From contig NW_021834977.1 of NCBI RefSeq assembly GCF_006345805.1, forward strand, positions 1 through 43,599: DNA of 43,599 nt, written 5' to 3'. Origin of the DNA: Octopus sinensis (taxonomy: Eukaryota). Each line of letters begins with the position of its first letter. Position 1 is the first letter of the stretch. Below the pieces are notes generated by a model. The model saw only the letters and a program-made list of their open reading frames with translations. It made no database searches and was not told the origin of the DNA. Of this stretch, positions 1 through 11,934 are shown in pieces. Position numbers and translations under genes: made by a program.

Positions 1-660
1 TTAAGCAACAATCCAGATTAGACTGTATAAAGAAATCAAGAAAACGTTAGTGAATGTCATCAGCTATGATGAAAATTGAATATGTGCCGTGTGCCATAAC
101 AAATTTCAGAAAAAGTTAGACAGAAATGTAAAAATTCTAGACAATGTCAGCTCATGGTAAAAGAATAGAAAGTTCAAGGACGTAAGGTTTGTCGATGTTA
201 TACCTAGTAGTAAACTAGTATAGAGTAGTCGAAAAGAAAAGAGGTTGGAGTAATGAATTACCAAGTCGTATCCAGTTGTTGAGTCATTCTGTATTCATAA
301 CATCTGCAATAAAATCAACATATAATATAGCTGAGGTATCCGTGTCGATGCAAGGAAAAGTTTACGCCTTCTATCTCCTGACATATTCTAAAAAATTAAA
401 CACTCAGGATTGATAAATAAAATCGATATATAACGTCTGTCTACAGCCTCTTCAGACCCAATACAGCGACAGGCTGTTTACTGCATTCTTATTGAAGAAC
501 AGAAACAGTCTCAATGAGAAAAATTATGACCACGTTGGATGTAATAGAATAAATTGGTGAACATTGCTGAAGATTGAGCTAAATAGCTGGCTCTAAAATA
601 GATCGATAGACGTATGGATAATGAGGTCGACTAGATGTCTATATGATATAAATATATGAA

Positions 661-980
661 GGCGGCGAGCTGGCAGAATCGTTGGTACGCCTGTAAAAAT
701 GCTTAGCGGTATTTCGTCTGCCGTTACGTTCTGAGTTCAAATTCCGCCGAGGTCGACTTTGCCTTTCATCCTTTCGGGGTCGATTAAATAAGTACCAGTT
801 ACGCACTGGGGTCGATATAATCGACTTAATCCGTTTGTCTGTCCTTGTTTGTCCTCTCTGTGTTTAGCCCCTTGTGGGTAGTAAAGAAATAGGTATTTCG
901 TCCGTCTGTATGTTCTGAGTTCAAATTCAGCCGTGGTTGACTTTACCTTTTATCCTTTCGCGGTCGATAAAATGAGTAAT
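661..980 (+). mobile_element. tRNA-derived SINE (octopus-type), full copy followed by a partial second copy (about 892-980)
   Basis: Head GGCGGCGAGCTGGCAGAATCG (A-box-like) and GAGTTCAAATTCC (B-box). Body GTCGACTTTGCCTTTCATCCTTTCGGGGTCGA recurs at about 3.8, 4.0, 7.1 and 9.7 kb. Recognised from memory as the abundant Octopus SINE. Confidence 0.85.
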
Positions 981-984
981 ATTT

Positions 985-3200
985 GCGCACTTATCGGTCA
1001 CGCATCGGAAAAACCTGTGTTTGAATCTGTCTCACTCAGTAATGGTTACATAATACACAGGATGCATGATAGGGTGCTCCCTGCAGCAGTATCTCATCTG
1101 TAATAGCAAAGGATATCGGCATGACGATCACACGGCAACATTCTTCATACGAATCGTACGATGAGCATCACATGGAATGCACTTGGGACATTTGCCCTAC
1201 TGTGAAACGAGGTGGTCGGCAATTACTCCATACTTTCAAAATAATTAAAGGTGACTGCAGGTATGGTCTACTAGATCGTGACCTGTTCAATACTGAAACA
1301 ATTTGCAGCGCTAAGTCATTTCTGCCGACAATAAAAGGAGTGCAATCTTCTGTTAAATTAATACCTAATGCCTCTGATAAATTCTGTGCTCCCACAATCA
1401 TACATATTACTCTCGAGGAAGATGTAGTACAGGAAATAGATACATTGGAAGGTGTAATTAAAAATACGCTCTCGGCTGGCATAGTGTTACTTCTCCAGTC
1501 GTCTGTGTTAGAAAGAAAAATGGACGACTGCATATGTGTCCCAACTTCAAAGTTCACTGAAATTTGAAATGAATCGCCCAAGTATCCGATTAGTCCAAGA
1601 AAGGATCGCAGTTCCTCAGTATTTTTTTGGTTGATTTAATGCCATGAATCTGTAATCGCGTAAACCAAGTATACCCCTCTTGTAGTATTGATGGTGCAGA
1701 GCTTCTGACTATTTTCATCGAGCTCGATCTACCAAGACACGTCGGTTAAGTCAATCTTACCGAAGAATCTTGCACCACTGGTCATGCTGAACGTGGATAA
1801 GCTACTGTGTGTATCTTTTCTTCGGTAAGATTGACTTAACCGACGTGTATTGGCAGATCGAGGTCGATGAAAATAGTCAAAAGCTCTGCACCATCAATAC
1901 TACAAGAGGGGTATACTTGGTTACGCTATTACAGATTCATGGCATTAAATCAACCAAAAAAATACTGAGGAACTGCAATCCTTTATTGGACTAATCGGAT
2001 ACTTGGGCGATTCATTTAAATTTTAGTGAGAAAACAATTAGCATGCAGAAACTAACTACTGCCAATCGTTTTCAGTGGAGTGACAAGTGCCAACACGAAT
2101 TTGAGAATATTAAAGACGAGGTATACAAAGAATCAGTGTTGAAGTCAGTTAATCCTAAATTACCTACCGAGCTGACGATGGATGCCTCAATGAACAGTAT
2201 TGTGAAAATACATTCACAAAATGGTCGCGTTCTTCTATGTGTGTCGAGAAAATTGACACCTGCTGAATCTAATTGGTCAAATATCGAGCGAGAAGCGTTT
2301 GGCATCGTATGGGCCGTTACCCGTCTCCAACAATTCCTGCTAGGTAAAAGACTCAAACTTAGTACGGATCATAGACCTTTAAAATATATCTTCCACGAAT
2401 GTTTCTGCAAAAAGCAAGCGATGGGCTATTCAATTAATCGCGTTAGATTTTGATATGTCGCATATCTCTAGCTCTTAAATTCCTCATGTTGACGCAATGT
2501 TGAGATTGCAAGCAGCAGCTGAGCAAATGAGTGAAAAATATTACTGAATGTGACAGCGAATCAAACGCAGAATCATAACCAAAAACAGACATCGCGAAAC
2601 AAGTGTGACCTCTCTTTGAAACGCATGGGTGACAGAATTCTATATTTGCGAACAAGAATGTTCCCTAACAACTACTCTACAGGGTACTTAGCGATAGTCA
2701 TGATACACATTTGGGTATTCAACAAATGCTCGATAAAATTTCTCTTGATTATTGTGGCCAAACATGTCTTGGGATGTGACTACCTTCATTTCTAACTTGT
2801 CAACAGAATCGAAGTACGAAAGCTGATTCGACAGCGACGTGGAGTAAGGATGGTCTTCGGGAACGTATTCACGTGGATTGGGTTTCCATGAACCGCGTTA
2901 GAAATTTACTCGTTGTCGTCAATTCGTATTACAACTACATCAATGCCATTTCTTGCACCTCACGCGAAAAGGAAAATATACAAATGTGCTTGATGCATCC
3001 TTTCGGTCAGAAACTGCCAAACGTTATTGTATCAGACAACGCATCTGATTTTTCAGCATGGAAAGGGTGGTTATCGACCCGTAGCATAGAGAGTATGTAT
3101 ACATCTACTTATCATCCACAGTCAAATGGGTAAGCCGAGCGAAACCATCAAACGTGCCTTATCTGTTTGGATTCCTGTCGTTGCCGTTTGGTATCCCTAT
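985..3200 (+). mobile_element. Decayed Ty3/gypsy LTR-retrotransposon pol (protease-RT-RNase H-integrase), internally deleted and rearranged
   Basis: Frameshifted D(T)GAP protease motif at about 1070; RT FFGKIDLTDVYWQIEVDENSQKLCTINTTRG (1809-1920); thumb ELQSFIGLIGY; RNase H DAS...SRKLTPAESNWSNIEREAFGIVWAV...TDHRPL (2043-2453); integrase HVDW...IVSDNASDF...YHPQSNG (2873-3133). Many stops and frameshifts; LTRs not identified. Confidence 0.9.
1553..2030. repeat. About 215-bp inverted duplication with 50-bp spacer inside the gypsy RT
   Basis: 1553-1767 is the near-identical reverse complement of 1818-2030, e.g. AGTATCCGATTAGTCCAA at 1581 versus TTGGACTAATCGGATACT at about 1986. Confidence 0.9.
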
Positions 3201-3753
3201 TTACAGCGAGTTCTAATCATCGTTCTTCATCAAGTGGAAAAACTGCTTCTCTTTGGGAAAGTTTACTCGAATGACCATTACGTACCAGCTGCAATCCACG
3301 ATTCATACCATTTTCTAACGTCTGGTACCGCAACAAATACATGAAGAAAGCAAGTCCCGTTATATATCTGGTACAGAAAGGCGCGAATATTTGCGATCGT
3401 TGCATACGAAAACAAAAAGCTGGGTAGCTAGTTTCGACCAATTCCTCCCGTCAACGGACAGTTGTCAACCCACCCAGGTAGGAATTGACTCGAGATTAGG
3501 CAATAACAATTGTGGCGTCAAGTTAGAGAAACCCGAAACTCAAACGCACGGAGTCGACGAGATGATGATTGGAGTAAACTGGCGATCCGGCAGAAAAAGA
3601 AACCCACCGAATCGACTTTCTTATTGAGATGGCGAGTGTCGTGTATTGAACTCCTAATGAACATATAACAAATGCTCTATATTTGTTTAAATAATTAAAA
3701 TCACACGTCATATGGTATCTATGAGCTCGTCGGGTTTTTTTCCTTAATATATA

Positions 3754-3945
3754 TTTATTTCTTTATTGCCCACAAGGGGCTAAACATAGAAAGGACAAAC
3801 AACGATGGACAAAAGGATTAAGTCGATTGCATCGACCTCAGTGCGTAACTGGTACATTTAATCGACCTCGAAAGGATGAAAGGCAAAGTCAACCGCGGCG
3901 GAATTTGAACTCAGAACGTAACAGCAGGCGAAATACTGCTAAGAA
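3754..3945 (-). mobile_element. Octopus-type tRNA-derived SINE (5'-truncated)
   Basis: Reverse complement of the SINE at 661 (GGAATTTGAACTCAGAACGTAAC; TTTCTTTATTGCCCACAAGGGGCTAAAC). Confidence 0.85.
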
Positions 3946-4002
3946 TTTTTTTCTTAATATATATTGTGATTAAAATGAACGTGTACACAATTGCTTCCAA
4001 CG

Positions 4003-4145
4003 CTATTTCGTCTGTCTTTACGTTCTGAGTTCAAATTCCGCGAGGTCGACTTTGCCTTTCATACTTTCGGGGTAGATAAATTCAATACCAGTCGGGTACT
4101 GGGGTCGTTCTAATCGACTTCCCACTCCCCCAAAATTTCGTGCTT
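4003..4145 (+). mobile_element. Octopus-type SINE fragment, alternative 3' tail (CTCCCCCAAAATTTC)
   Basis: TATTTCGTCTGTCTTTACGTTCTGAGTTCAAATTCCGCGAGGTCGACTTTGCC core shared with the 661 copy. Confidence 0.8.
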
Positions 4146-4628
4146 TGTATCTAGAGTAGAAAAGAGATAGAAATTTGCAGTTTACGGATATTTGATCCTT
4201 GTCCCTATACCGGTTCTTATGAAATAAGCAATTAGCAAAACTTGACATATCGTTTTTCGTCCAGTCTATAATTCCAACTCTATATATGATTAACGTTACT
4301 ACTCTTGAATTTATTGCTTCAATGAGGCTTTTGGAATTCCGTTTTGACTGCAATACTTTTCTTACACTCCATGTCTACTCCCTACGGGTAAATTATTTAA
4401 TTTCTTCATTTTTTTTCTCTCGTCTGCTTCCAGTATACCCAAGTACTTATACCACTGACCTTTCTGAACCGTCCTCATTGTTTGCTCATTTGGCATTTCA
4501 ATTCCCTAGCCTCTTTCAAATCTTCCGTGTTTCATTTTCAATATAGCACACTTTTCTATCCCAAAATCTATAGCTACGTCATTTGAGAAAATGCGGAGAG
4601 TATGCACAAGACTTTCAAGCTGTGTCTC

Positions 4629-4688
<60 letters not shown>

Positions 4689-4709
4689 GATTATTATTAT
4701 TATTATTAC

Positions 4710-4765
<56 letters not shown>

Positions 4766-4785
4766 ATTATTAATATTATTATTTT
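4629..4785. repeat. (ATT)n microsatellite directly upstream of a splice acceptor
   Basis: About 50 ATT units, ending at TTTTGTAG (AG 4788-4789). Confidence 0.97.
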
Positions 4786-4789
4786 GTAG

Positions 4790-4984
4790 CTTGCTACAGT
4801 GATAAATATCAACGTGCTGCTGCTTATACCAACTATAGTTATTGGGATAACTGGTGGGATTTTAGGCGCGTTCTTTACGTTTCTCAAACTGAAGATGGCG
4901 AGAATGCGGAAAAAGCTACTTTTCAAAATGCCGAAACCGATAATAGCTAGAATTATTCACTGCATCGAACCTATAATTTGCATG
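4790..4984 (+). CDS. CLC chloride channel / H+/Cl- exchanger (ClC-6/7/ClC-C-like), internal exon A
   Basis: AG|CTT...ATG|GTATGA, phase 0/0. Peptide LATVININVLLLIPTIVIGITGGILGAFFTFLKLKMARMRKK...EPIICM matches the CLC GxxGGxLGAxF helix. A nearby AG at 4797-4798 is an alternative acceptor. Confidence 0.85.
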
Positions 4985-5512
4985 GTATGAAAACACTCTT
5001 TCGTTTTTTCTTCTTTATACATATATAAACATAAATTTCGTTAACATAAAATGTAGTTCATACACAGGATCTGCTTCATATGAATTGTATACAATTGAGA
5101 TATTGAATCAATTATATGTGAAAATCTACCTTACATGATAATCCAATAAATGCATTTCATACTACAGGTCTTGTGTAATAGGTACGAACAATATTAGTCT
5201 GTTACCCGATAGATTTTTATCTCTAAGTTACTTGAAAATGTTGGATTGATTTGAATTGTTTCTTCACTTCTTACACTTTTGCCAGCGAAAGTATACTAAT
5301 TTTGTGTCTGGACAAACAAACAACTGAGAGCTATTTATAATGTATTCCAAATTTGATTCAACTAAACATTTCTTTCTTATTTGTGCAAAAGTGTATACAC
5401 TCTCTGCGTGGTAATTACTGTGTAACTATACAACCTTTGGGTGGGGGGATATTTTGAAAGGAGTGCAAGTTATGTCTACACTAACGTGTATTCAGGTGCA
5501 TAGATGAATGTA

Positions 5513-6469
5513 TAGATGAACAAAATAATGGAAACACCAGTTCTGTATTTTCTAATGAAGATTATTCGTTTATCATAACTTGAATTGCTTGCAAGGGATA
5601 TGTAAATGCATTTCTGGCATCTAGAACCTAATGTTTATAACCTTATACCTTATCTTTTTTCAGTTAATTATACTTATATATAATGTGCAACCTTACTGAT
5701 TTTAAACAAGGGAAATTTGTTGGAGCTCGGATGGCTGGTGCCTCAGTTTAATTATTACATTCCAAAAGCAAGGGAAAGTGAACTCTGAAAAGAGTGATTC
5801 CGGTCAGAATATCATCAGAAGTGACCAATAGATCAACGGATGATGAATCGTCTTTCATGCTTTTCCCAAGCTCTGAACGGGTTTAAGTCTAGTGGCAGCC
5901 CAAAGAAGCCTATCATCCTACTGCTTGGTCCCAGCCGTTAAGTATGGAGGTAGGTCTGTGATGATTTGGAAAGCCATATCTTGGATTTCTCTTGATCCTA
6001 CAGTTGCACTGAATGGCAGAGTGAAATTTCAGACGTATTTACAAAACTTGGGCGACCAAGTTCATCCTATGGTGCAGGCATTATTTCTTAATGGTGAAAT
6101 AATCTTCCAAGACGATAATATGCCAATCCACACTGCTACAGTCATTAAAAATTGCTTTCAAGAACACAGAAGTGAAGTGAAACACTTACATTGGCCCATA
6201 CAATCACCAGATCTAATTATTATTGAACATTCATGGTGTTACTTTCGAGTAACAAGTAAGGAATCGCTCCCCTCCAATGTCACTGAAGGCGCTGGAACAA
6301 GTCTTAATTGATGGTTGGCTGAAAATATCTCTCGCAACTGTTCAAAAGCTGTATGAGTCTTTTCCTGGACGTATCGCAGCAACTATTGCAGCCAAAGGCG
6401 GATCAACTCCTTATTAAATAATAAAACTCTTATTTAGCAAGGTGTTTTCATTAATTTGTCCAACCCCTA
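5513..6469 (+). mobile_element. Tc1/mariner DNA transposon, internally deleted
   Basis: DDE fragments VKYGGRSVMIW, FQDDNMPIH and WPIQSPDL (5892-6311). Imperfect TIRs ACAAAATAATGGAAACACC (about 5520) and GGTGTTTTCATTAATTTGTCCAACCCC (6441-6467). Confidence 0.85.
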
Positions 6470-7051
6470 TATATCTTATAAGAATATAGTACAGTATTTA
6501 TTATCTCTCTATCTGACATATTTTTTGACAATACTAGATTCAGTCGCAAGTTTCCGGTGCCGTTTAACTTATACGTTATTATAGAACATGTTTCACTGAT
6601 ATGATGGGATTTAATATTCAAAGCTTTTAAATCCAAGAATGAACATCCTGCTTAAATAAAAACACATAAACTAATATTAAACTTAAGTAATTCAAAAAGA
6701 AATTGCTTGTCAAGAAATTTATTGTAAGTTTTATTACAATTTTTATGATTATTGATGAAGATTATGATACATCAGATGATTCATTTCTTATCTATTTAGT
6801 CGAGTTCGGCAAAGTTTCTGCGTTGATATGGAGGCCTAATAAAACCGAAACTTATCTGAATTTTGTCTTCCATACTAATGTTTAAATGTTTAAAATAATA
6901 TTAATTATTGAACTTATATTGTCTTTTCTTTCTTGCATAATTTTCTTTATTTGTTTTGCTATTACTCACAATGTTAAATATTTTTATACTAAAAGTTTTG
7001 ATTCAAGTATTACAATGACAAGTTAGACAACACTATTTTAATAGAGAAAAA

Positions 7052-7250
7052 GGCCGCAGAATAGTTAACATGCCGCGTAAAATGCTTTGCGACATTTCAT
7101 CCGTTTGTACGCTCTAAGTTCAAATTTCACCGAGGTCCACTTTGAGTTTCATTCTTTCGGAGTTGATAAAATAAGTACCAGTTGAACACTAGGGTCAATA
7201 TAATCGACCTTCCTTCTAACCCCAAATCCCTGGCCAAAATATGAAACCAA
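7052..7250 (+). mobile_element. Diverged octopus-type SINE
   Basis: AAGTTCAAATTTCACCGAGGTCCACTTTG...GATAAAATAAGTACCAGTTGAACACTAGGGTCAATATAATCGAC. Confidence 0.75.
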
Positions 7251-7338
7251 TATACGTACTATTTTTAGTTGATTTGTTTTACACTTATATCTATGTAAGT
7301 ATATAGTTATGTACTGATCCATATATACTCTTGACCAG

Positions 7339-7424
7339 GTGATAATAGCGACAGTGTATATCTATATACCCGACAGTTTCGGTTGCACACAGTTCACCTG
7401 TATAACAGAAGACGGAAATACAAC
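7339..7424 (+). CDS. CLC transporter internal exon B
   Basis: CCAG|GTG...AC|GTAAGT, 86 nt, phase 0/2. VIIATVYIYIPDSFGCTQFTCITEDGNT joins exons A and C in frame. Confidence 0.85.
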
Positions 7425-8189
7425 GTAAGTAAACATATGTGATTTTAACAGTAAAATACAATAAAAATATAAAGAAAGTGAAAGTTAAATGACTAAAACG
7501 TAATTTCTGTGCACTGGTATTTTTATTTAAGTCATTTGTCTGGAGACAGGGATTTGTTATCCCTCTGTTTATGATGCTTTTTAATAGTTAGAATGCTTCC
7601 TATAAAACGAATATGTCACTTACAAAGAAACAAAGTTCCATAAGTGCTATTTTCATTATAACAATGGTGAGTGTAAAAGTTAGCTTATAACTTCATAATA
7701 TTGTTTTAAGATTTTGCTTGGCAGACTCAAAACTTGAATTTTAGTCATTAGAGTTCTTGGGGTTTGTGGATATGTAAATGAATTAGTGTGTACATAAATG
7801 TAGGTGCTCATGGAAATAAACTTGCAATTATCTCGTGGTTATGCATTTCACTTTAGTGCACACATATTTGTGCTTCGTTAATGTTTATATCTGTGTGCGT
7901 ATTCATGTGTTCCATATGTAAATGTAACAGTGAAGAATATTTGAAATTTTGCGAATCGGGTTGTTGTTTTTTCTTAGCAAAACCAGCATTTCTAAGCTTT
8001 TATGTTAATCTGTTATTCAGTGCATCTAAAATAGTAGGTACAAATGAAAGTCAATAATCTGGATATAAGAACTATAGAAGTTGTATCTATTTTCAATCTT
8101 AGACGAGTTATTCATCCACCGAGCAGTTGATGTCTACAAAAGTGTACTATTTTGCTCCCTAACCCGTTCAACGTTACCTGACTTATGTG

Positions 8190-8700
8190 TTTACATCAGG
8201 TTCCATCATTTTCCCTTATGATTAAAGCTATAGATACACTCTTTTTCTGTTGCGCCTTTAGTATGGCCGTTAGAACAATCCTTCATTTGGATTGGATTGT
8301 AAAAGACTTTTGCAAAAATGTCGTATCTCATGGGAAGGTAGTACCCTGCGAACATTTGTGGACAGTTACTGATGACATCGTGTACGTTGGTAGGCACAAT
8401 TGATATTTTGGTTACGTGGGGGTGGTTACATGTAACCTAGTTAATCGGGGACTTAATAATTGTATTTGTTCCAGATTATCGAAGGCATTGGTACCATGTG
8501 CAATGCAAACTATTGTGTCAATGTTGCTCATATTCTCAAGCTTGCAGAATATGTACCAACACATAACTTGCAGAATATGTAGCCATGTTTCTCTACCAAA
8601 TTCCTGCCTAGCTCCACTTGGTTCACATGGAGTAGCTGTATACACTCCAAGTATTACTGACTTGTCTCTTAGTATTCATACACGGATTTCCAGACCAAGG
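8190..8700 (-). pseudogene. Decayed Cys-rich fragment resembling GCC2/GCC3 (ephrin-receptor-like) repeats, inside a CLC intron
   Basis: Frame-hopping peptides NPWSGNPCMN, PCEPSGARQEFGRE, CKLCVGTYSAS, DNLEQIQ and KVFYNP...KDC...GATEKEC. Multiple stops and frameshifts; motif similarity judged by eye. Confidence 0.3.
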
Positions 8701-8845
8701 GTTCTAACAAAATCTACAAAGTGCAAGTTGATATCCTAAGTAGGCTACCGCCATAGTTTCGTTGGGTCAGAGTATGCGAGTCAACAAACCTAAGCCGGTA
8801 CGAATGACAGATTGTATATTTTGTTTTTCATGATTATTTTCGTAG

Positions 8846-8973
8846 TTATGGATGTTATAATGACACCAGGGCAGATCCTGAAGCAGAACCAAATGTGATA
8901 CATTATAAATGTAACAAAGGCTCCATGAAAAAAACTGGAACTATGTGGTACACTAATGGAACATATAATGAAG
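8846..8973 (+). CDS. CLC transporter internal exon C
   Basis: TTCGTAG|T...GAA G|GTACGT, 128 nt, phase 2/1. YGCYNDTRADPEAEPNVIHYKCNKGSMKKTGTMWYTNGTYNE ends in the NGTYNE motif. Confidence 0.88.
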
Positions 8974-9369
8974 GTACGTGGTATATTGTTTCGTATGTCA
9001 AGCTAAAAGCGAACCGATTCCGATAAAATTGCGAAAGAGTTAGAATATAGACAGGAATAAAAAAAAAAAGATCCAAAGGTTTCATAATCACCGGACCTTT
9101 CAAATACTTTAGAAGACATAAATACATTGCAACCTAAAGTAACAATGCAAAGAAGTTCTTTTATTTTAGATAGAAGACCCCGTCCTCCTCAAGAAAAGAT
9201 ATGAACTAAACACACCTTGGCTTTACGGAAAACACAATATGAAATTTTAATCAAGTCAACATTACAAACAAGACGTTTAATTACCTACAACCTGCAATAT
9301 GTGGCAATAAGAAATTGTTTCGAAAATTTAAAACTTGAAGATATCTACTGAGGAAGTAGAATAAAAGAT

Positions 9370-9560
9370 AAGAACACTGCAAAAGAATTTATTAAAATTT
9401 GCTAAAATAATAAGGTGTTTTATTGTTTGAAACAGATACTTGACGCTGATGAAACCTGTGGATTCTGGGAAATGCCAAAACGAAAATTTAATAAAGCACA
9501 CAAAAGTCAAGGATTTCAGAGCCTCTAAAGACTGGAAAGCTTAGTTGTCACTTGCAAATT
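9370..9560 (+). mobile_element. pogo/Tigger transposase remnant
   Basis: AKEF...QILDADETCGFWEMPKRKF...GF resembles the DDE_1 motif QVFNADETGLFWKxMPxRTF. Confidence 0.5.
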
Positions 9561-9640
9561 GTAGCCTATATTTTTAAGCGCCTACGTTGTCGCAGGCACT
9601 CTTTAGGTTCTCCCAGCGCTCGACCTTATGGAATATTCTT

Positions 9641-9840
9641 TTCTACTCTAGACACATGTTCCGAAATTTTGGGGGAAGGGGCCAGTCAATTAGCTCGACC
9701 ACAGGTACTTAACTTATCAACCCCGAAAGGATGAAAGACAAAGTCAACCTCGGCGGAATTTGAACTCAGAGCGTAAAGACATACGAAATGCCGCTAAGCA
9801 TTTCGCCCGGCGTTCTAACGTTTCTGCCAGCTCGCCGCCT
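9641..9840 (-). mobile_element. Octopus-type tRNA-derived SINE, full head
   Basis: Ends TCTGCCAGCTCGCCGCCT, the reverse complement of the 661 head; contains GGAATTTGAACTCAG. Confidence 0.88.
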
Positions 9841-11189
9841 TAGACCTTATGGTATATTGAAAATTTGATATCTGGAGGGAGGGAGGGAGGGCTACATCAA
9901 AGTACTAGTAATCTTTTTCAAGTGAGTATCTTGGAGCAACGTGAATTGATGTTCCTTGCTCGAGAACACAACATATCGCCCAGTCCAAACGTCAATGAAA
10001 CGAAATCGACGGCGGCTTATTTTTGGTCGTGCATTCACTATTCTTTGCATTTAATAACAGACTTTGTCTGTAGTGTTCTCAAGGGATGATAATAAGTTTT
10101 ATACAGAAAAGCAGTAGCAGTGAGAGGAAGATCATAGATCTCGTCAGAAAGACACAAGTACTTTTGATGTCTTGATCGGTTTTACTTAAGGAAAAATCTG
10201 GTCCAGATTGGGGATTAAGACTTTGCCTTAATATGCAAGCCACTAAAATTATAAAAAGAAAAGGAGTCAGAATTCCTTTCTGAAAGTATTGTAATGCTGC
10301 AGAAAACTCTTTAGTAGAACCGCCTGTGCTTTGCATAAAGTTTGATAGGTCTTCATGATTGAAGGTGATGATGGTTATATGAATTATATCTGTGATACCG
10401 TAATTCAACAAAATATATAAGGAGGTCCTTCTAGTGACACTGTAAAAATAGCTTGGAAATATTCACAAGTACAATTGATACTATTTACTTTGAAATTCTT
10501 TTCCTTGATTCTTGAAGAGCAAGGTTCTGCTATGATTCGTTAAGGTGTTTACAATGAGCTCAGTTCCTACACTGAGCTGTACAAAGAGACAATGCACATC
10601 AAACTATTTCTTCGCCTCTCAAATAGGTGGTGGTGATGATGAACTATACGAGAGAAGACAAAGTCCCTCATCACCCTAGAAACTCTCATTGCCCCCTCTC
10701 ACAGAGCCATCGTTTTTATGATAAGAACATACCCTATTTATCTTATTTATAATTATTTATTCCTAAAAGTATTCCTCTTCAAATGCTTTCATGTGTACAT
10801 ACAGTACCATGTCCTTTAGGAGTTGATATTTTCATGCATAAAAGTGGATGTGTTACGATTTCTTTTTCATTTTGTAAACCTACATCGGTACCATTATCAT
10901 CTTATAACATTCATATCAACGCGAAAATATGTTGCTTCGATTTACGTGTTTTCATGTCACAGCAAGTTTCGAGAACGCATTTCTTCCACAAAACGAGAAA
11001 TTTTTGTACATATGTATGATGATTTCATTGACGCGCACCTCATATATGTTATTTTATCTAATTCTTCAAATTTAAATCGTTTAAAATTGAAACCAAAGTT
11101 GTTCTACATTGAGTTGTAGAAGTGTAGTTTATTACCGTGAAATAAAATTATGTATATCAAGAACAAATTCTGTCATATTTGCATTGCAG

Positions 11190-11361
11190 TTGCCACCTTA
11201 TTACTTCTACCTGGAGAAGATGCAGTGAAAAATTTATTTTCAAGAAATACACATCTTAATTTCGGATTTCCTTCTGTAGCATGCGTACTGGTCCTGCATT
11301 TTCTGTCTGTTTCTTGGGCGTCGGGAACAGCTGTTGCATGCGGCATCCTCGTCCCAGTTGT
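11190..11361 (+). CDS. CLC transporter internal exon D (last exon found)
   Basis: TTGCAG|TT...GT|GTGAGT, 172 nt, phase 1/2. (E)VATLLLLPGEDAVKNLFSRNTHLNFG...WASGTAVACGILVPV gives the YNExATL and G-x-x-x-P helix-N motifs. The four exons splice into one open frame of 581 nt. Confidence 0.9.
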
Positions 11362-11765
11362 GTGAGTTGTCGTCTTTTGTCATAATATGATAGTGTTATT
11401 AATATTTTGTTCTGCAGAGAATTTAAACCAATGTATTTAATCGCGTCTTCATTAACACATTGGCGGCTATCGGTAGAGTTTTCTGAGAGGTGTAAAGAAA
11501 GATATTTTTAAACTGTATTTTTTGCAGTTACAATTTTGTTAGATAGTTGTATAATGGCTACTTCAATATGTTATGGTATGCAAAATGGTGGTTTAATAAG
11601 TTTGATATTTGGAAACTCACTCATGTTAGATGTTAGATGCTAAATTCTCACAATACCAATTAATATTTGGACAATATAGCTGACAATCATGAAATAGATT
11701 ATACTAGTGTGCTGAGTTGTGTTATTTAAATCTATAAATACGTCACCTCATCTCATATGCTTTTA

Positions 11766-11840
11766 TGCATGCACACATACACATGCATGTACGTACACAC
11801 ACACACGCATACACGCATACGCATGCACGCACATGCGTAT

Positions 11841-11897
<57 letters not shown>

Positions 11898-11925
11898 TAT
11901 GTATGTATATATATACACACACATA
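11766..11925. repeat. Compound (CA)n/(CACG)/(TA)n microsatellite
   Basis: Directly visible. Confidence 0.95.
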
Positions 11926-11934
11926 TATTAGGAG

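Noticed and set aside
1-620. Possible very old LINE RT remnant (DARKS...KIKHSGL)
   Set aside because: Motifs too degraded to support by eye.
661-760. tRNA genes at SINE heads (also 9780-9840 and 13123-13195)
   Set aside because: A/B boxes are present but there is no complete cloverleaf, and each is followed by a repeated SINE body.
4591-4926. Poly-Ile and poly-Asn ORFs in the ORF track
   Set aside because: Translations of the (ATT)n microsatellite.
9865-11120. Several 70-110 aa ORFs inside the CLC intron
   Set aside because: No recognisable motifs or splice support.
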